Origin: a bacterium | Lineage (GTDB): Bacteria; Patescibacteriota; Minisyncoccia; Phycocordibacterales; UBA918 | NCBI GenBank assembly: GCA_043719295.1 | Contig: JAYSUD010000012.1 | Span: 92,790-141,022 of the forward strand | DNA length: 48,233 bases | Direction of reading: 5' to 3' | Shown here: positions 9,462-18,524 of the stretch, in pieces | How the letters are laid out: each line of letters opens with the position of its first letter | Position numbering within the stretch: position 1 is the stretch's first letter | Position numbers and translations under genes: made by a program | The notes under the pieces: model-generated | The model's input: only the letters and a program-made list of their open reading frames with translations | The model's database searches: none | Told to the model about the DNA's origin: nothing

Positions 9462-10784
9462 TTAAGAAAGTGATACGCGCTTACTTTTAAGTAGAATTGG
9501 GGAATCAAAACAAGAAATAATCTCTCGCTTCTCTTCCAAAGTGCCATTTTTGAGGAGAAATTTAACGTAGTCCTTAACATCAATATCGCTGACAGCCATA
9601 TCAGACCCCTCGCCTAACAGAGATCTGTGGAATTTCTTATATCTGACTACCTCAGCCTCGACCTTCTTTTTGATGCTTGTTTCGTTGAGGTTAACAACAT
9701 CAATCAGATTTTGTAGTTGTATTATTAAATCATCTTCATTGATATACCCGCATAGACAGTGCGGATCTCTTGCCTTAGTACATCCGTAATAGACATGGGT
9801 CTTGATTGTGCCGTTCTTATGCTTTTTATACTTTGCGTCAGCGCTGATGCCTGAACCACAGAGTCCGCAGGTCATGAGTTTAGTAAACGCAAACTCTTTA
9901 TCCTGTCGTGTCTTTAGTTCATTACCCTTAAGTTGTACTTGAACAAGGTCGTACAATTCTTTTGTTATAAGTGGCTTATGTTTACCTTGATACCAATTAC
10001 CGCTATCTCTGGGGTATTCAAAGACGCCGTAGTAGAAGTGATTTTCAAGCAGGCGGTAAATGTTGCCTAGACTAAGTGGCTTCTTGCTCGGTAATGCTTT
10101 GAAATTAAGATCAAATTTAAGCCAGTGATACAGCTTCCTCCCACTCCATTTTTCGTAGGCTACTTTTTCAAACATCTGCTTTACAACATGTCCTCTTTCA
10201 GGATCGATAAGCGTCTCGCACTTTCGATCCATTCGTTTCTCTTTTAAATACCCAGTCGGTGCTGGTGCGGGCCATAGTCCCATTTCAACCCTAGTTTTTA
10301 AACCTCGTTTCACATTGATACTTTTGTTGTCGTTCTCGAGCTTTGCCTGAGAACAGAGGATCATAAGCAAAAACTTTTCGCTTGGTGTATTAGTGAATGT
10401 CTGTCCATACGTTCGTATCTCATGGAGTAAGTGTTGATCCATGAGATCGACAAGTGACCCTAAGTCGCCAGCGTTACGACTGAGGCGATCAGGATGCCAA
10501 ACGATGATGCCGTTGAAACGCTCACGTCTAATGTCTTCAAGTATTTCTTTAAAAACCGGACGTTGCCCTGAATCTTTTGCAGAATGTGACTCGCGCCTAA
10601 TCTCAACAATTTCAAGACCTTCACGTTCGGCGATAGCGAGCATCTCTTTAACTTGTGAATCAATTGAGAGCGCTTGCTTCTCATCAGACTCCGTACTTTT
10701 ACGTGCGTAGAGTAGATATTTAACTGGCACTTTTGGCACTTCGGTTTTTACCCCAAAGTTGTTCATCACTTGCATTTCCATCAT
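9462..10784 (-). CDS. Large serine recombinase (resolvase/invertase N-domain + recombinase domain + Zn ribbon)
   Basis: YLLYARKSTESDEKQALSIDSQ (catalytic Ser region), VWHPDRLSRN, and later CGLCGSG...YYGCTKA (Zn ribbon). Confidence 0.85.
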   Translation of the reverse strand: MMEMQVMNNFGVKTEVPKVPVKYLLYARKSTESDEKQALSIDSQVKEMLAIAEREGLEIVEIRRESHSAKDSGQRPVFKEILEDIRRERFNGIIVWHPDRLSRNAGDLGSLVDLMDQHLLHEIRTYGQTFTNTPSEKFLLMILCSQAKLENDNKSINVKRGLKTRVEMGLWPAPAPTGYLKEKRMDRKCETLIDPERGHVVKQMFEKVAYEKWSGRKLYHWLKFDLNFKALPSKKPLSLGNIYRLLENHFYYGVFEYPRDSGNWYQGKHKPLITKELYDLVQVQLKGNELKTRQDKEFAFTKLMTCGLCGSGISADAKYKKHKNGTIKTHVYYGCTKARDPHCLCGYINEDDLIIQLQNLIDVVNLNETSIKKKVEAEVVRYKKFHRSLLGEGSDMAVSDIDVKDYVKFLLKNGTLEEKREIISCFDSPILLKSKRVSLS

Positions 10785-10963
10785 TAATTAATGACAGAAC
10801 AATATGTGGTGCAAAGCTATGCAGAACTAGAAAAACATCACATACTCGCCTTTAAGCCTTAGCAAAACAGCTAATATGCGATAGGGTGAAAACGGTAGCG
10901 AAAACTGTTACTATGTTCGTTACAACACCTAAACCAGAGAGTAATTTCTGGCATGGTTAAAGA

Positions 10964-11117
10964 AAATCCTACGCAAATAGAAACGGCCACATAAGCCGGC
11001 ACTTATTTGCGTAGGTTCGCTCTCGAAAGGGAGCGGGATAATTCCGAAAGGAGTTGTCGTCGGTCTTGTGTGGCCATTTGTGTTACAGAAGAATTACTAG
11101 AAAAAATCCTACGCAAA
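10964..11117 (+). promoter_or_regulatory. Structured leader / operator region upstream of 11121 CDS
   Basis: The box aaaatcctacgcaaa occurs at 10964-10978 and 11103-11117, and as an inverted copy at 11004-11015. Two adjacent GAAA-tetraloop hairpins lie at 11018-11035 and 11040-11055. Confidence 0.45.
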
Positions 11118-11120
11118 AAT

Positions 11121-11657
11121 ATGAACCAAACTATACCGTCTCCCGTAAAGGAGACTGTTGAAACAAGCAAAAAATGTCCTGCTTGTCGAAAAGATGTTGA
11201 TACGAAAGCGACGAAGTGTCCGTACTGCCAGTCAGATACACGAAGTTGGGTGAAAAAGCATCAGATCGGATTAATCATTCTCGCTGTCATCTTTGTACCA
11301 ATATTTATGAGTGCGCTCACAGCAAGCCCAACAGCAAATGTTCCAGTTGAAAGAACAGCTGAAGAAATAGCATTTCAAAAGAAAAACGATTTTGCCTCAC
11401 TCGCCAAGATGAATGTAGAGATGATGCTTAAAGCTCCATCTACTGCAAAATTTAATACTTCACCAACAATTACAGAGGAGGACAGTATCTATTCAATCAA
11501 TTCGTGGGTAGATAGTGAGAATAGTTACGGAGCGAACGTTAGAAGTTCGTGGTCAGCAAAAGCTCACTACATCGGAGGAGACTCACTTGAAGAGACCGGG
11601 ACAGGTGCGAACTGGATCATTGACGAGTTTTACTTTGACGGCGAGAAGATAAAGTAG
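11121..11657 (+). CDS. Zn-ribbon membrane protein, unknown function
   Basis: Start moved to ATG 11121 (MNQTIPSP...). CPACRK..CPYCQ Zn ribbon, then a TM helix (IGLIILAVIFVPIFMSAL), then an extracytoplasmic domain. Confidence 0.65.
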   Translation: MNQTIPSPVKETVETSKKCPACRKDVDTKATKCPYCQSDTRSWVKKHQIGLIILAVIFVPIFMSALTASPTANVPVERTAEEIAFQKKNDFASLAKMNVEMMLKAPSTAKFNTSPTITEEDSIYSINSWVDSENSYGANVRSSWSAKAHYIGGDSLEETGTGANWIIDEFYFDGEKIK

Positions 11658-12120
11658 TTCCAGAATTATCTTTCTGCTTTGTCCATTTCTCCATAAAAGC
11701 AAGCGCTTTTATGGTATTGGCCTCAGCTTCCTCTCTCGTAATAGCACTGAGCGCTTTCTCTATATTCTTTCGGTTTCGATAGTAGTCTTCGATACGCTTC
11801 ATTTCAAAAATATCGCCTGTGGCATCACGATGCGTAAACGGCTTTTTGTATGATTCGTGTCTATGACTGAGCCAGTACTTGGTAGAAGCGAGATCCTTAT
11901 TTTTTATAGCATTGAGGATATTACTCTCTGCTACATCATTAACTAGATTCACTCCAGCACTGAGAGCTTTTTTCACGTCATTAAAATTCTCTTCGCTTTC
12001 ATTCATCCATCGATAGAATGTTTGCCGAGAAATTCCTAATTTTTCACAAACAACTTGAATAATCGGAGTTCGTTCGAGTTCTTCTAAAATGTTACTCCAT
12101 AAGACTTTAGTTTTCTTCAT
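11617..12120 (-). CDS. HTH DNA-binding protein, phage terminase-small-subunit-like
   Basis: N-terminus ...VCEKLGISRQTFYRWMNESEEN... is a homeodomain-like HTH as seen in phage small terminase/phBC6A51-type proteins. Overlaps the upstream ParB-MTase gene stop by 14 nt. Confidence 0.55.
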   Translation of the reverse strand: MKKTKVLWSNILEELERTPIIQVVCEKLGISRQTFYRWMNESEENFNDVKKALSAGVNLVNDVAESNILNAIKNKDLASTKYWLSHRHESYKKPFTHRDATGDIFEMKRIEDYYRNRKNIEKALSAITREEAEANTIKALAFMEKWTKQKDNSGTTLSSRRQSKTRQ

Positions 12121-13390
12121 GTGACTGTACCTTAGCTTTGAGACCAGTCAGCTTCTCATAACGATTGATAATCAGGTCACAGAAGGCTGGTTCAAGTTCA
12201 CAACCATACACTCTTCGACCAAGAGCGTTTCCTGCGATTAAGGTGCTCCCTGAGCCAAGGAAGCTATCAAGAATGATGTCGTTCACTTTAGTGCAACGTT
12301 TAATGGCTTTTTCGTGCAGACATGGCGGTTTAGAAGTAGCGTGCTTGTAGTCCTTTGCCGCCATGCGTTTGGCTGTCCAAACATCAATAAAATTATCAAC
12401 TTCACTAAGGAGATTGTTACCAGTAGTGAGTTCTTTATTTAAGACTTCGTTCAAATTAGTAATTGGTTCTGCCAAATGTGGTTTACCACGAGTTCCATAC
12501 ACTACTGGCTCGTAGACCTTATTGAAGGCTACTCCGGGTACGGGATTATGATTATTCTTTAACCACAAGCATACCCGCCTATTACTGATTCCAAGTTGTC
12601 TGTATATTTCCTGTACCACACCAATAAATACTTGGTCGGACCAGTAGAAGACATGTGTGTCTTTAGTCGATACCGCCAAAGCCGATTCCATACTATCTTT
12701 CAGGAACTTTTGATACTCCTCAAAGGTGCGCTTATCTTTTACGTTGCCCCCATAATCCTGTTTACCTCCGATACCTCCGTTGTAGTCGATGTCGATGTTA
12801 TAGACGGGGTCGGAGTAAATCATCGTTGCTCTCTCCTTGCCGAGTAGTCGCTGTAGTGTTTCGGGCTTTGTGGAATCGCCACAGATGACTCGGTGCTTGC
12901 CAAGCGTGATGAGATCACCGAGTTTCGTTCTCGGTTCTACAATCTTTTTTAATTCCTTTTGTTCGTCAAAATTATCGTCGGCGACTTCCGTCTCTTTATC
13001 GTAGATATCTGACAATTCGATATTGTCGAAACCTGCGAACTCAAGTGCACCCATATCGAATCCTTTGAGTAGATCGAAATCCCAATCGCCACCAAGCTTG
13101 TTAGAGGCAATTAAGTACTCGTCTGATTCTTCTTTGGTCAGCTTACGATTGGGTACTCGAACATCAATAATTTCTTCACCACGACCAAGGAGCTGAAGCG
13201 CTTTGATTCGCTGGTGACCCGCGAGAATAGAGCCGTTAGCATCTATAGCTGGTATCTCTACTAAATTGTATTTCTTCAAGCTTCGCTTCAAGTCCGACAT
13301 TTGTTTGTCGGTAATTGAGCGAGGATTAACGTCTTGAGGAGTAAGATCGTCGATTCGTTTCTGGACCGTAGTCCAAGATAGTTTTTTCAT
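12107..13390 (-). CDS. ParB-like nuclease domain fused to N4/N6 DNA methyltransferase
   Basis: ParB motif ILAGHQRIKAL. MTase motifs IYSDPVYN (DPPY-like) and ILDSFLGSGSTLIAG (FxGxG). Start set at MKKLSW (13390); the longer ORF reaches 13432. Confidence 0.85.
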   Translation of the reverse strand: MKKLSWTTVQKRIDDLTPQDVNPRSITDKQMSDLKRSLKKYNLVEIPAIDANGSILAGHQRIKALQLLGRGEEIIDVRVPNRKLTKEESDEYLIASNKLGGDWDFDLLKGFDMGALEFAGFDNIELSDIYDKETEVADDNFDEQKELKKIVEPRTKLGDLITLGKHRVICGDSTKPETLQRLLGKERATMIYSDPVYNIDIDYNGGIGGKQDYGGNVKDKRTFEEYQKFLKDSMESALAVSTKDTHVFYWSDQVFIGVVQEIYRQLGISNRRVCLWLKNNHNPVPGVAFNKVYEPVVYGTRGKPHLAEPITNLNEVLNKELTTGNNLLSEVDNFIDVWTAKRMAAKDYKHATSKPPCLHEKAIKRCTKVNDIILDSFLGSGSTLIAGNALGRRVYGCELEPAFCDLIINRYEKLTGLKAKVQSHEEN

Positions 13391-13425
13391 GATACACACA
13401 AAATGACTTAATAATTTTGTCATTT

Positions 13426-13451
13426 CACGCACCTGTTACCGCAGGTGCGTG
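13426..13451. promoter_or_regulatory. Perfect 10-bp inverted repeat in divergent promoter region (candidate operator)
   Basis: CACGCACCTG ttaccg CAGGTGCGTG lies between the divergent genes 12107-13390 (-) and 13565-14656 (+). Confidence 0.4.
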
Positions 13452-13564
13452 TATCTTGTTAGCTCCTATTTGAAATATATAGTCTTCGTAGGAATGTACA
13501 AGATGGTCGAGTGTGTATAAAGTCAGAATCTTTTCAAATCTGAGAAAAGGTATAGCATTTAGCT

Positions 13565-14656
13565 ATGAGGCATCTGAAAGAACGACAGGACTATATAGAC
13601 CGTTTTGACCGCCACACTGTGGAGGAATGTAGGCGTATTGAAGCGTCTACTACTGCCGAAGATATCAAACGTATTGCCGAAAAAGATCCCCCGAAAGAAG
13701 AGATTAACTATCATGGCTTTGCGGATTATGTAAATAACATACACATTTGGTGTTATCAAGGAGAGCGATACAAAAACATAGACAAAACCATTAACGAATG
13801 GATGGAGCGTGACCGCAAGATGGACGCATGTTATGACACGGCAGTAGCCCCGAATGTTTCGTGCCTTAGTTGTCGGCAACCAGTTATTGAGACCTTCAAG
13901 AATTTGGATTGGGACTATGACAAAGACACCTGTCGAGTGTTGTTTATGTGCGACTGCAAAAACGGATGTCTGCCTCGTCGGGCATTTTATGATAATGGCG
14001 AAGAGTGGATCTCTCCGCCTCGCCTATGTGTAAAGTGCAAAACTCCAACTACGCACGAGACTGAGAAAACCGAGATCAAGATTATATGGACTGACACTTG
14101 TCCTAGTTGCGGTCACATTGAAAAAGACGAGATGGACCTACACTCAGAGCCTAAAGAGGAGAAACCTGATCCCAACTATGTTGCCGACCGAGACCGATTC
14201 TGTGATCCAATGAAGGGGCAAGACTATGTGAACTGGATGGCAAACGCAAAGGAAGTTTTTGAAATGTTAGAGAAGCATAAAGAGCGAGAAGCTAAGAAAG
14301 AAGTCTATGACAAGGTATCTGCTCTGACCAAACTCTCCATACCCTCAGTGAAAGACAGGCTTGAAGAAGTAATTAGAAAGACCACCTACCGCAGTCTTAA
14401 ATTCAAAGAGCCAGACCTTGCTCGTATTGTTTCCGTTGAATTAACCGTGGAGGATCCAACCGACAACAAGCAATATGACAGCGAAAAAGGACTCAAGAAA
14501 CTTATCCAGAAAGCTCTGGAAGAAACCAACTGGCGACTCATGAGTGACGGTATCAGCTATAGACTGGGTATCCTTTCGGGCAGAATAAGAGTTTATGAAG
14601 ATGAGGACGAACTAGCAAAACTAATGGAAAATAAGCTCCCTAAGCGCAACAATTAG
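13565..14656 (+). CDS. Hypothetical protein with two Cys4 Zn-ribbon-like clusters
   Basis: 363-aa ORF. CLSCRQ...CDCKNGC and CVKCKT...CPSCGH. No recognised catalytic motif. Confidence 0.65.
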   Translation: MRHLKERQDYIDRFDRHTVEECRRIEASTTAEDIKRIAEKDPPKEEINYHGFADYVNNIHIWCYQGERYKNIDKTINEWMERDRKMDACYDTAVAPNVSCLSCRQPVIETFKNLDWDYDKDTCRVLFMCDCKNGCLPRRAFYDNGEEWISPPRLCVKCKTPTTHETEKTEIKIIWTDTCPSCGHIEKDEMDLHSEPKEEKPDPNYVADRDRFCDPMKGQDYVNWMANAKEVFEMLEKHKEREAKKEVYDKVSALTKLSIPSVKDRLEEVIRKTTYRSLKFKEPDLARIVSVELTVEDPTDNKQYDSEKGLKKLIQKALEETNWRLMSDGISYRLGILSGRIRVYEDEDELAKLMENKLPKRNN

Positions 14657-14694
14657 ACATTCAGGTCCATGCCGGTATACTCGAATATAAGAAT

Positions 14695-16488
14695 ATGGCG
14701 GCAAAAAAGACTCAACTTAAACTTTATAAAATCGATAGAACTTTGTTTACTGGCACAGCAGTGTCTGTTATTCCTCATGAGATTATCAAGAAAGCAAATA
14801 CCGGCGTTACAGGGAAAAGAAAATTCGTTGAACAGGCACTGGATGATGATATAAAAATACCCACAGGTTTTACACTTGAGGTATATCACGCATTAAAAGA
14901 AGGTAGTCCAGGGTGGGTGTCTGCATGGACCGATGCTCTGAAAGATTCAGAATCAATGCTTCGTGAGAAAAATACAATGTCCTCGTTTATCGCTTTCATT
15001 GCTCGAGGAAATAATTTGTACGCACTTACCGGAGGACAAGGTAACTTTGCAATAAGTCACTATGTGGAAAATTTCTTTGGTTTAGATGTAGTTGATTATC
15101 TTATTGACTCAACTCAAGCACGAGGAATCAGTGGAGCCAGTAAAAGTGGAATGACCGGTATTGTAAAGACCGAGCAACGCACATTCTATGATTTAACCGA
15201 CGCCTTCAGTCAGGACTCTTTTGAGACATTTTTCCGAAATCTAAAGTCACAAATCGATTCAGCAGTAGTGAAAAAATATTTCTCTGAGTTTCACCCCAAC
15301 AAGGACTACGGCTCTTTTTTTCAAGGAGGAAATTACTTTCTGTTGCGTAAATCAATAGCGGTCACGAAGGTGTTTGATCTAATCGTGGCAATAGAGTTGG
15401 TGTTTGCTGAACGTAAGACAAGTGGTCACAATAAACTAATTCCGATTGGATCTGTTAACTCCGCTAACGCACAAGTTAAACATTTAAACGAAGCTTTGTT
15501 AAAAGAGATATTTGATAACCAAAACAACCTCGACGTTCTCGATAATTATTATTTTGCACCAAAAGCAATTCCTGGCGAAGAAATAGATGGGTCAATTTTT
15601 GGTATTGCAGAACGTCAAAGTCATATAGGAGCAAGCGCTACTTATCCTGAGCTGCCCAAACTAAGCCAATATATTGAGGTGCTTCTTAACATAGGAGGGA
15701 GACGGCGCTTATATAGAAATACCAAAGACCTAAGCGATGCAATGCGTAGCTATAAGATTTATTGGAAACACTATGATGACAGTACCTATGAAGCGGTGGA
15801 ATCTTTTCCTTCACTAAATGGGGTGCTTGAAAGTAAGGGAAAAAGTTACTTACGATTTGAAAATGCGTGGTATGAAATGCGTCAAAATTTCAACGACATC
15901 ATCAATGCTGAGTTCACGAGTCTTGTTACAACTCCCGCCAAAGTTAGTCCCGCTCCCGCCTATCTATCAGCTTGGACGGGAGGAGATGAAAACGTATACA
16001 ACTACGATTATCTGACGAATGCTGCAGTGATGGTTACCCATAAAGTCATTAAGCAAACAGCGGCAACTGGTCAAATGGATCGTTATATTGAATATGCTGA
16101 CTTGATTCATTTGGAAGCTGCCGATCCGAAGTTGATTCATGTTAAGAAATCCTGCAACGGCGATATGCGAATAGCCAGTGCCCAAGTTGCCATGTGTGCC
16201 CAAAAATTTAATTTGAGCAACAACAAAGAGGCCTTCTTGCGTGAATACTACCGTCTTATTATGGCGACGACAGCGACTTCTTCTCAGAATACAAAAATAT
16301 CTGAAGACGACTTTGTGCAGCTCGGACTTAAAGATGATATCAAAATTTGCCTTGTCATATCAGACCCGCGTGTACTTGCTGACGATTCGACACTTTCACT
16401 ATGTGGAAAATTCTATTTTGTAAAAATGTTTCGAGAAATGGCAGGACTAGGTTTCGGCACTGGACGCTTTTCTGTTTTGAACGTTTAA
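14695..16488 (+). CDS. Hypothetical 597-aa protein (size and N-terminus reminiscent of sporadically distributed TIGR04141/DUF6119-type proteins; unverified)
   Basis: Long uninterrupted ORF 38 nt after the preceding gene. I could confirm no motifs. Confidence 0.65.
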   Translation: MAAKKTQLKLYKIDRTLFTGTAVSVIPHEIIKKANTGVTGKRKFVEQALDDDIKIPTGFTLEVYHALKEGSPGWVSAWTDALKDSESMLREKNTMSSFIAFIARGNNLYALTGGQGNFAISHYVENFFGLDVVDYLIDSTQARGISGASKSGMTGIVKTEQRTFYDLTDAFSQDSFETFFRNLKSQIDSAVVKKYFSEFHPNKDYGSFFQGGNYFLLRKSIAVTKVFDLIVAIELVFAERKTSGHNKLIPIGSVNSANAQVKHLNEALLKEIFDNQNNLDVLDNYYFAPKAIPGEEIDGSIFGIAERQSHIGASATYPELPKLSQYIEVLLNIGGRRRLYRNTKDLSDAMRSYKIYWKHYDDSTYEAVESFPSLNGVLESKGKSYLRFENAWYEMRQNFNDIINAEFTSLVTTPAKVSPAPAYLSAWTGGDENVYNYDYLTNAAVMVTHKVIKQTAATGQMDRYIEYADLIHLEAADPKLIHVKKSCNGDMRIASAQVAMCAQKFNLSNNKEAFLREYYRLIMATTATSSQNTKISEDDFVQLGLKDDIKICLVISDPRVLADDSTLSLCGKFYFVKMFREMAGLGFGTGRFSVLNV

Positions 16489-16531
16489 TGTAGAAGTGTC
16501 ACTTTTGTCACTTTTTATATAAAGTAAATCT

Positions 16532-16822
16532 ATGTATACAAAAGCAACCACTACTTACGACCTGAATTGTGACGCCTGTAGGAAAAACATACCTGCAGAT
16601 ACTGACTATTATGACGACAGTGTTTACAACTCTTTGTATGCCAAGATTGATATTCAAAAAACCCTATGTTGGGATTGTGGTACGAAATATTGGGCGGAAA
16701 AGGAGCGCAGGTATCAAGAATATGAGCGAAGAGAGGGGCCGAAAAGATTCAAAAGATTGATTGGAATACTTCTCCTCCTCGGAGCATTTATCGTTTTGCT
16801 TTCACATGTTCATTTTGATTAA
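16532..16822 (+). CDS. Small Zn-ribbon protein with C-terminal TM helix
   Basis: CDACRK...CWDCG followed by LIGILLLLGAFIVLL. Confidence 0.55.
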   Translation: MYTKATTTYDLNCDACRKNIPADTDYYDDSVYNSLYAKIDIQKTLCWDCGTKYWAEKERRYQEYERREGPKRFKRLIGILLLLGAFIVLLSHVHFD

Positions 16823-16952
16823 GGCGCACGAGACGCTTCGAATTGACATCGCTAAGAAGTAGCGAATCCGCCAAGCCCTGCTTAACCGTCCACGGTTCTA
16901 GCCCGAGACGGCCCGCAAACATATTTTGTACAAATTGTTTGTACTCAATTTC

Positions 16953-16981
16953 TAAAAAAACCACCTCTTGGTGGTATTTTT
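16953..16981 (-). terminator. Rho-independent terminator of the Excalibur-domain gene
   Basis: aaaaaaACCACCtcttGGTGGTatttt. Read on the minus strand, the hairpin is followed by a 7-T run. Confidence 0.75.
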
Positions 16982-17004
16982 AGTTTACGTATTTTTTAAA
17001 ATTA

Positions 17005-17442
17005 CTATCGAGTGCCTTGTGGTAAGGATTCACACACTAAGCCGTCTTTATCTCCGTCAAGCCGAAATACATCCATGTTTTTACCAAGCTCTCCGCAACG
17101 TTTATATACAGACATTGCTTCTGGTTGTGTTTTAAAATCTGTACAGTTGTAGTCCATCTTTTCTGCATTACAGAAGTTATCAATATTAATGATATTGCCA
17201 GTAGCTGCGTCACGTTCAATCTTCGATTCTGCAAACGACTTTGTTTCTATAAGTTTTTGTACATCATAATCATTTTGTGTTGCCTCCATACCAAATGCAC
17301 CAACAAGGAGGGCAATAACAACACCCAAGATTACTTTTGCAGTAGTTCCCTTGATAAAAAAGAATAAGATTCCACAGAGTACAATAAGGCCTCCAATAAT
17401 CCAAAGCCGTGCTTTGTGTGATTCACGAATTTTTTTAAGCAT
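17005..17442 (-). CDS. Membrane-anchored Excalibur calcium-binding domain protein
   Basis: C-terminal CTDF...RLDGDKDGLVCESL matches the DxDxDGxxCE Excalibur motif. Two N-terminal TM helices. Confidence 0.8.
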   Translation of the reverse strand: MLKKIRESHKARLWIIGGLIVLCGILFFFIKGTTAKVILGVVIALLVGAFGMEATQNDYDVQKLIETKSFAESKIERDAATGNIINIDNFCNAEKMDYNCTDFKTQPEAMSVYKRCGELGKNMDVFRLDGDKDGLVCESLPQGTR

Positions 17443-17525
17443 ATACCTACTATAGTAGTATGCTCTACCACCACTTGTCTATTCCCGTACTCACCAATAG
17501 CTTGCCCCCATGATATAATTTTCCT

Positions 17526-17996
17526 ATGGCAGAACAGGTACGTGCAATTTTATGGGAGGCGTATGAACACCAGCATGCTCCAAAAGAGAGTGATTGGTTT
17601 TGGATTTTGGGTATTATGACCCTTTCAATATCCATGGCGTCAATTCTCCTTGGTAATCCCCTTTTTGGTATCTTAACCTTTATTGGAGGACTCGTGGTTG
17701 CGATACTCGCAACCCGTGATCCTAAAATTGTTTCCTATGCAGTTACGCAACGTGGACTACAGATCGAAGATCGAATGTACCCCTACACTACGTTAGAATG
17801 TTTTTGTATAGACGAAGAAGCAGTCTCAGGACCTCAGTTGTTGGTAAAATCAACAAAACTATTCATGCCGTTACTGGTACTTCCCCTTCCGTTAGATACC
17901 ATGGAAGAAATTGAGGACCTTATTGCGCAACGTCTCCCTGAAGAACACATTGAGGAACCCTTCGCCCACAAACTCCTTGAATTTTTCGGCTTTTAA
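17526..17996 (+). CDS. Small membrane protein, unknown function (its 3' end is the target of the adjacent insertion)
   Basis: 156 aa with two TM helices (WFWILGIMTLSISMASILL, GILTFIGGLVVAILA). The C-terminal coding sequence is duplicated at 22112-22161. Confidence 0.7.
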   Translation: MAEQVRAILWEAYEHQHAPKESDWFWILGIMTLSISMASILLGNPLFGILTFIGGLVVAILATRDPKIVSYAVTQRGLQIEDRMYPYTTLECFCIDEEAVSGPQLLVKSTKLFMPLLVLPLPLDTMEEIEDLIAQRLPEEHIEEPFAHKLLEFFGF

Positions 17997-18001
17997 GCTA
18001 T
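17952..18001 (+). repeat. Direct repeat, left copy (attL-like), 50 nt with 2 mismatches to 22112-22161
   Basis: gaGgaacccTtcgcccacaaactccttgaatttttcggcttttaagctat versus gaAgaacccCtcgcccacaaactccttgaatttttcggcttttaagctat. Confidence 0.9.
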
Positions 18002-18006
18002 CAAGT

Positions 18007-18396
18007 ATGGAGAAGGATTTTAATAAGTGGAATACTAAGAAATCTTTAGTTAATAATACCCACAAAACACCTTTCTTTCATGAGCGTGAAATTTGGTTTT
18101 GTTTTCTTGGTGCAAACATCGGATTTGAGCAAGACGGCCGAGGTGACGATTTCCAGAGACCTGTGTTAATACTTAAAAAGTTTAATAATGAAATCTGCTG
18201 GGCAATTCCGCTTTCAAAGACAAGTCGGCGTGGAAAGTATTATTTTGCTTTTCAGTTTAATACCACGACAACAAGTGTTGCAATCCTGTCTCAAATTAAA
18301 CTGATTGATGCCCATCGACTTAGTAGAAAAATTGGAGACATAGATGAAACTAATTTCAAAAGTGTTATAGAAAAACTCAAGGCATTGTTGCCTTGA
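18007..18396 (+). CDS. PemK/MazF-like toxin family protein
   Basis: MEKDFNKWNTKK...REIWFCFLGANIGFEQDG...FQRPVLILKKFNN...AILSQIKLIDAHRL fits the MazF/PemK SH3-like barrel pattern (RPvlIl strand). Start trimmed to ATG 18007. Confidence 0.6.
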   Translation: MEKDFNKWNTKKSLVNNTHKTPFFHEREIWFCFLGANIGFEQDGRGDDFQRPVLILKKFNNEICWAIPLSKTSRRGKYYFAFQFNTTTTSVAILSQIKLIDAHRLSRKIGDIDETNFKSVIEKLKALLP

Positions 18397-18524
18397 GTTT
18401 TTCTTGTTCCTCTGCCTTGCGACAGAGTCGGGCCGAAGCCATTTGTTCATTCAGTATATTCTATCACCACAAAAAGTCAATATTTGAAACATAACTTATA
18501 ATGGAATATCTATAATATAACTAT

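Larger units (their letters stand above)
1815..16840. mobile_element. Putative integrated mobile/defence island adjacent to tRNA-Ser (boundaries tentative)
   Basis: It begins directly 3' of tRNA-Ser. Cargo is an R-M system, a large serine recombinase, a ParB-methyltransferase, a phage-like HTH protein and orphan Zn-ribbon proteins. A 15-nt near-repeat gcacgagacgcNtcg occurs at 1825-1839 and 16826-16840. Confidence 0.4.

Noticed and set aside
11007-11120. N-terminal 38-codon extension of the 11121 gene (non-ATG start in the ORF track)
   Set aside because: The extension covers the hairpin-rich leader and translates to an Arg/Cys-rich string (MRRFALERERDNSERSCRRSC). The ATG at 11121 gives a sensible Zn-ribbon N-terminus.
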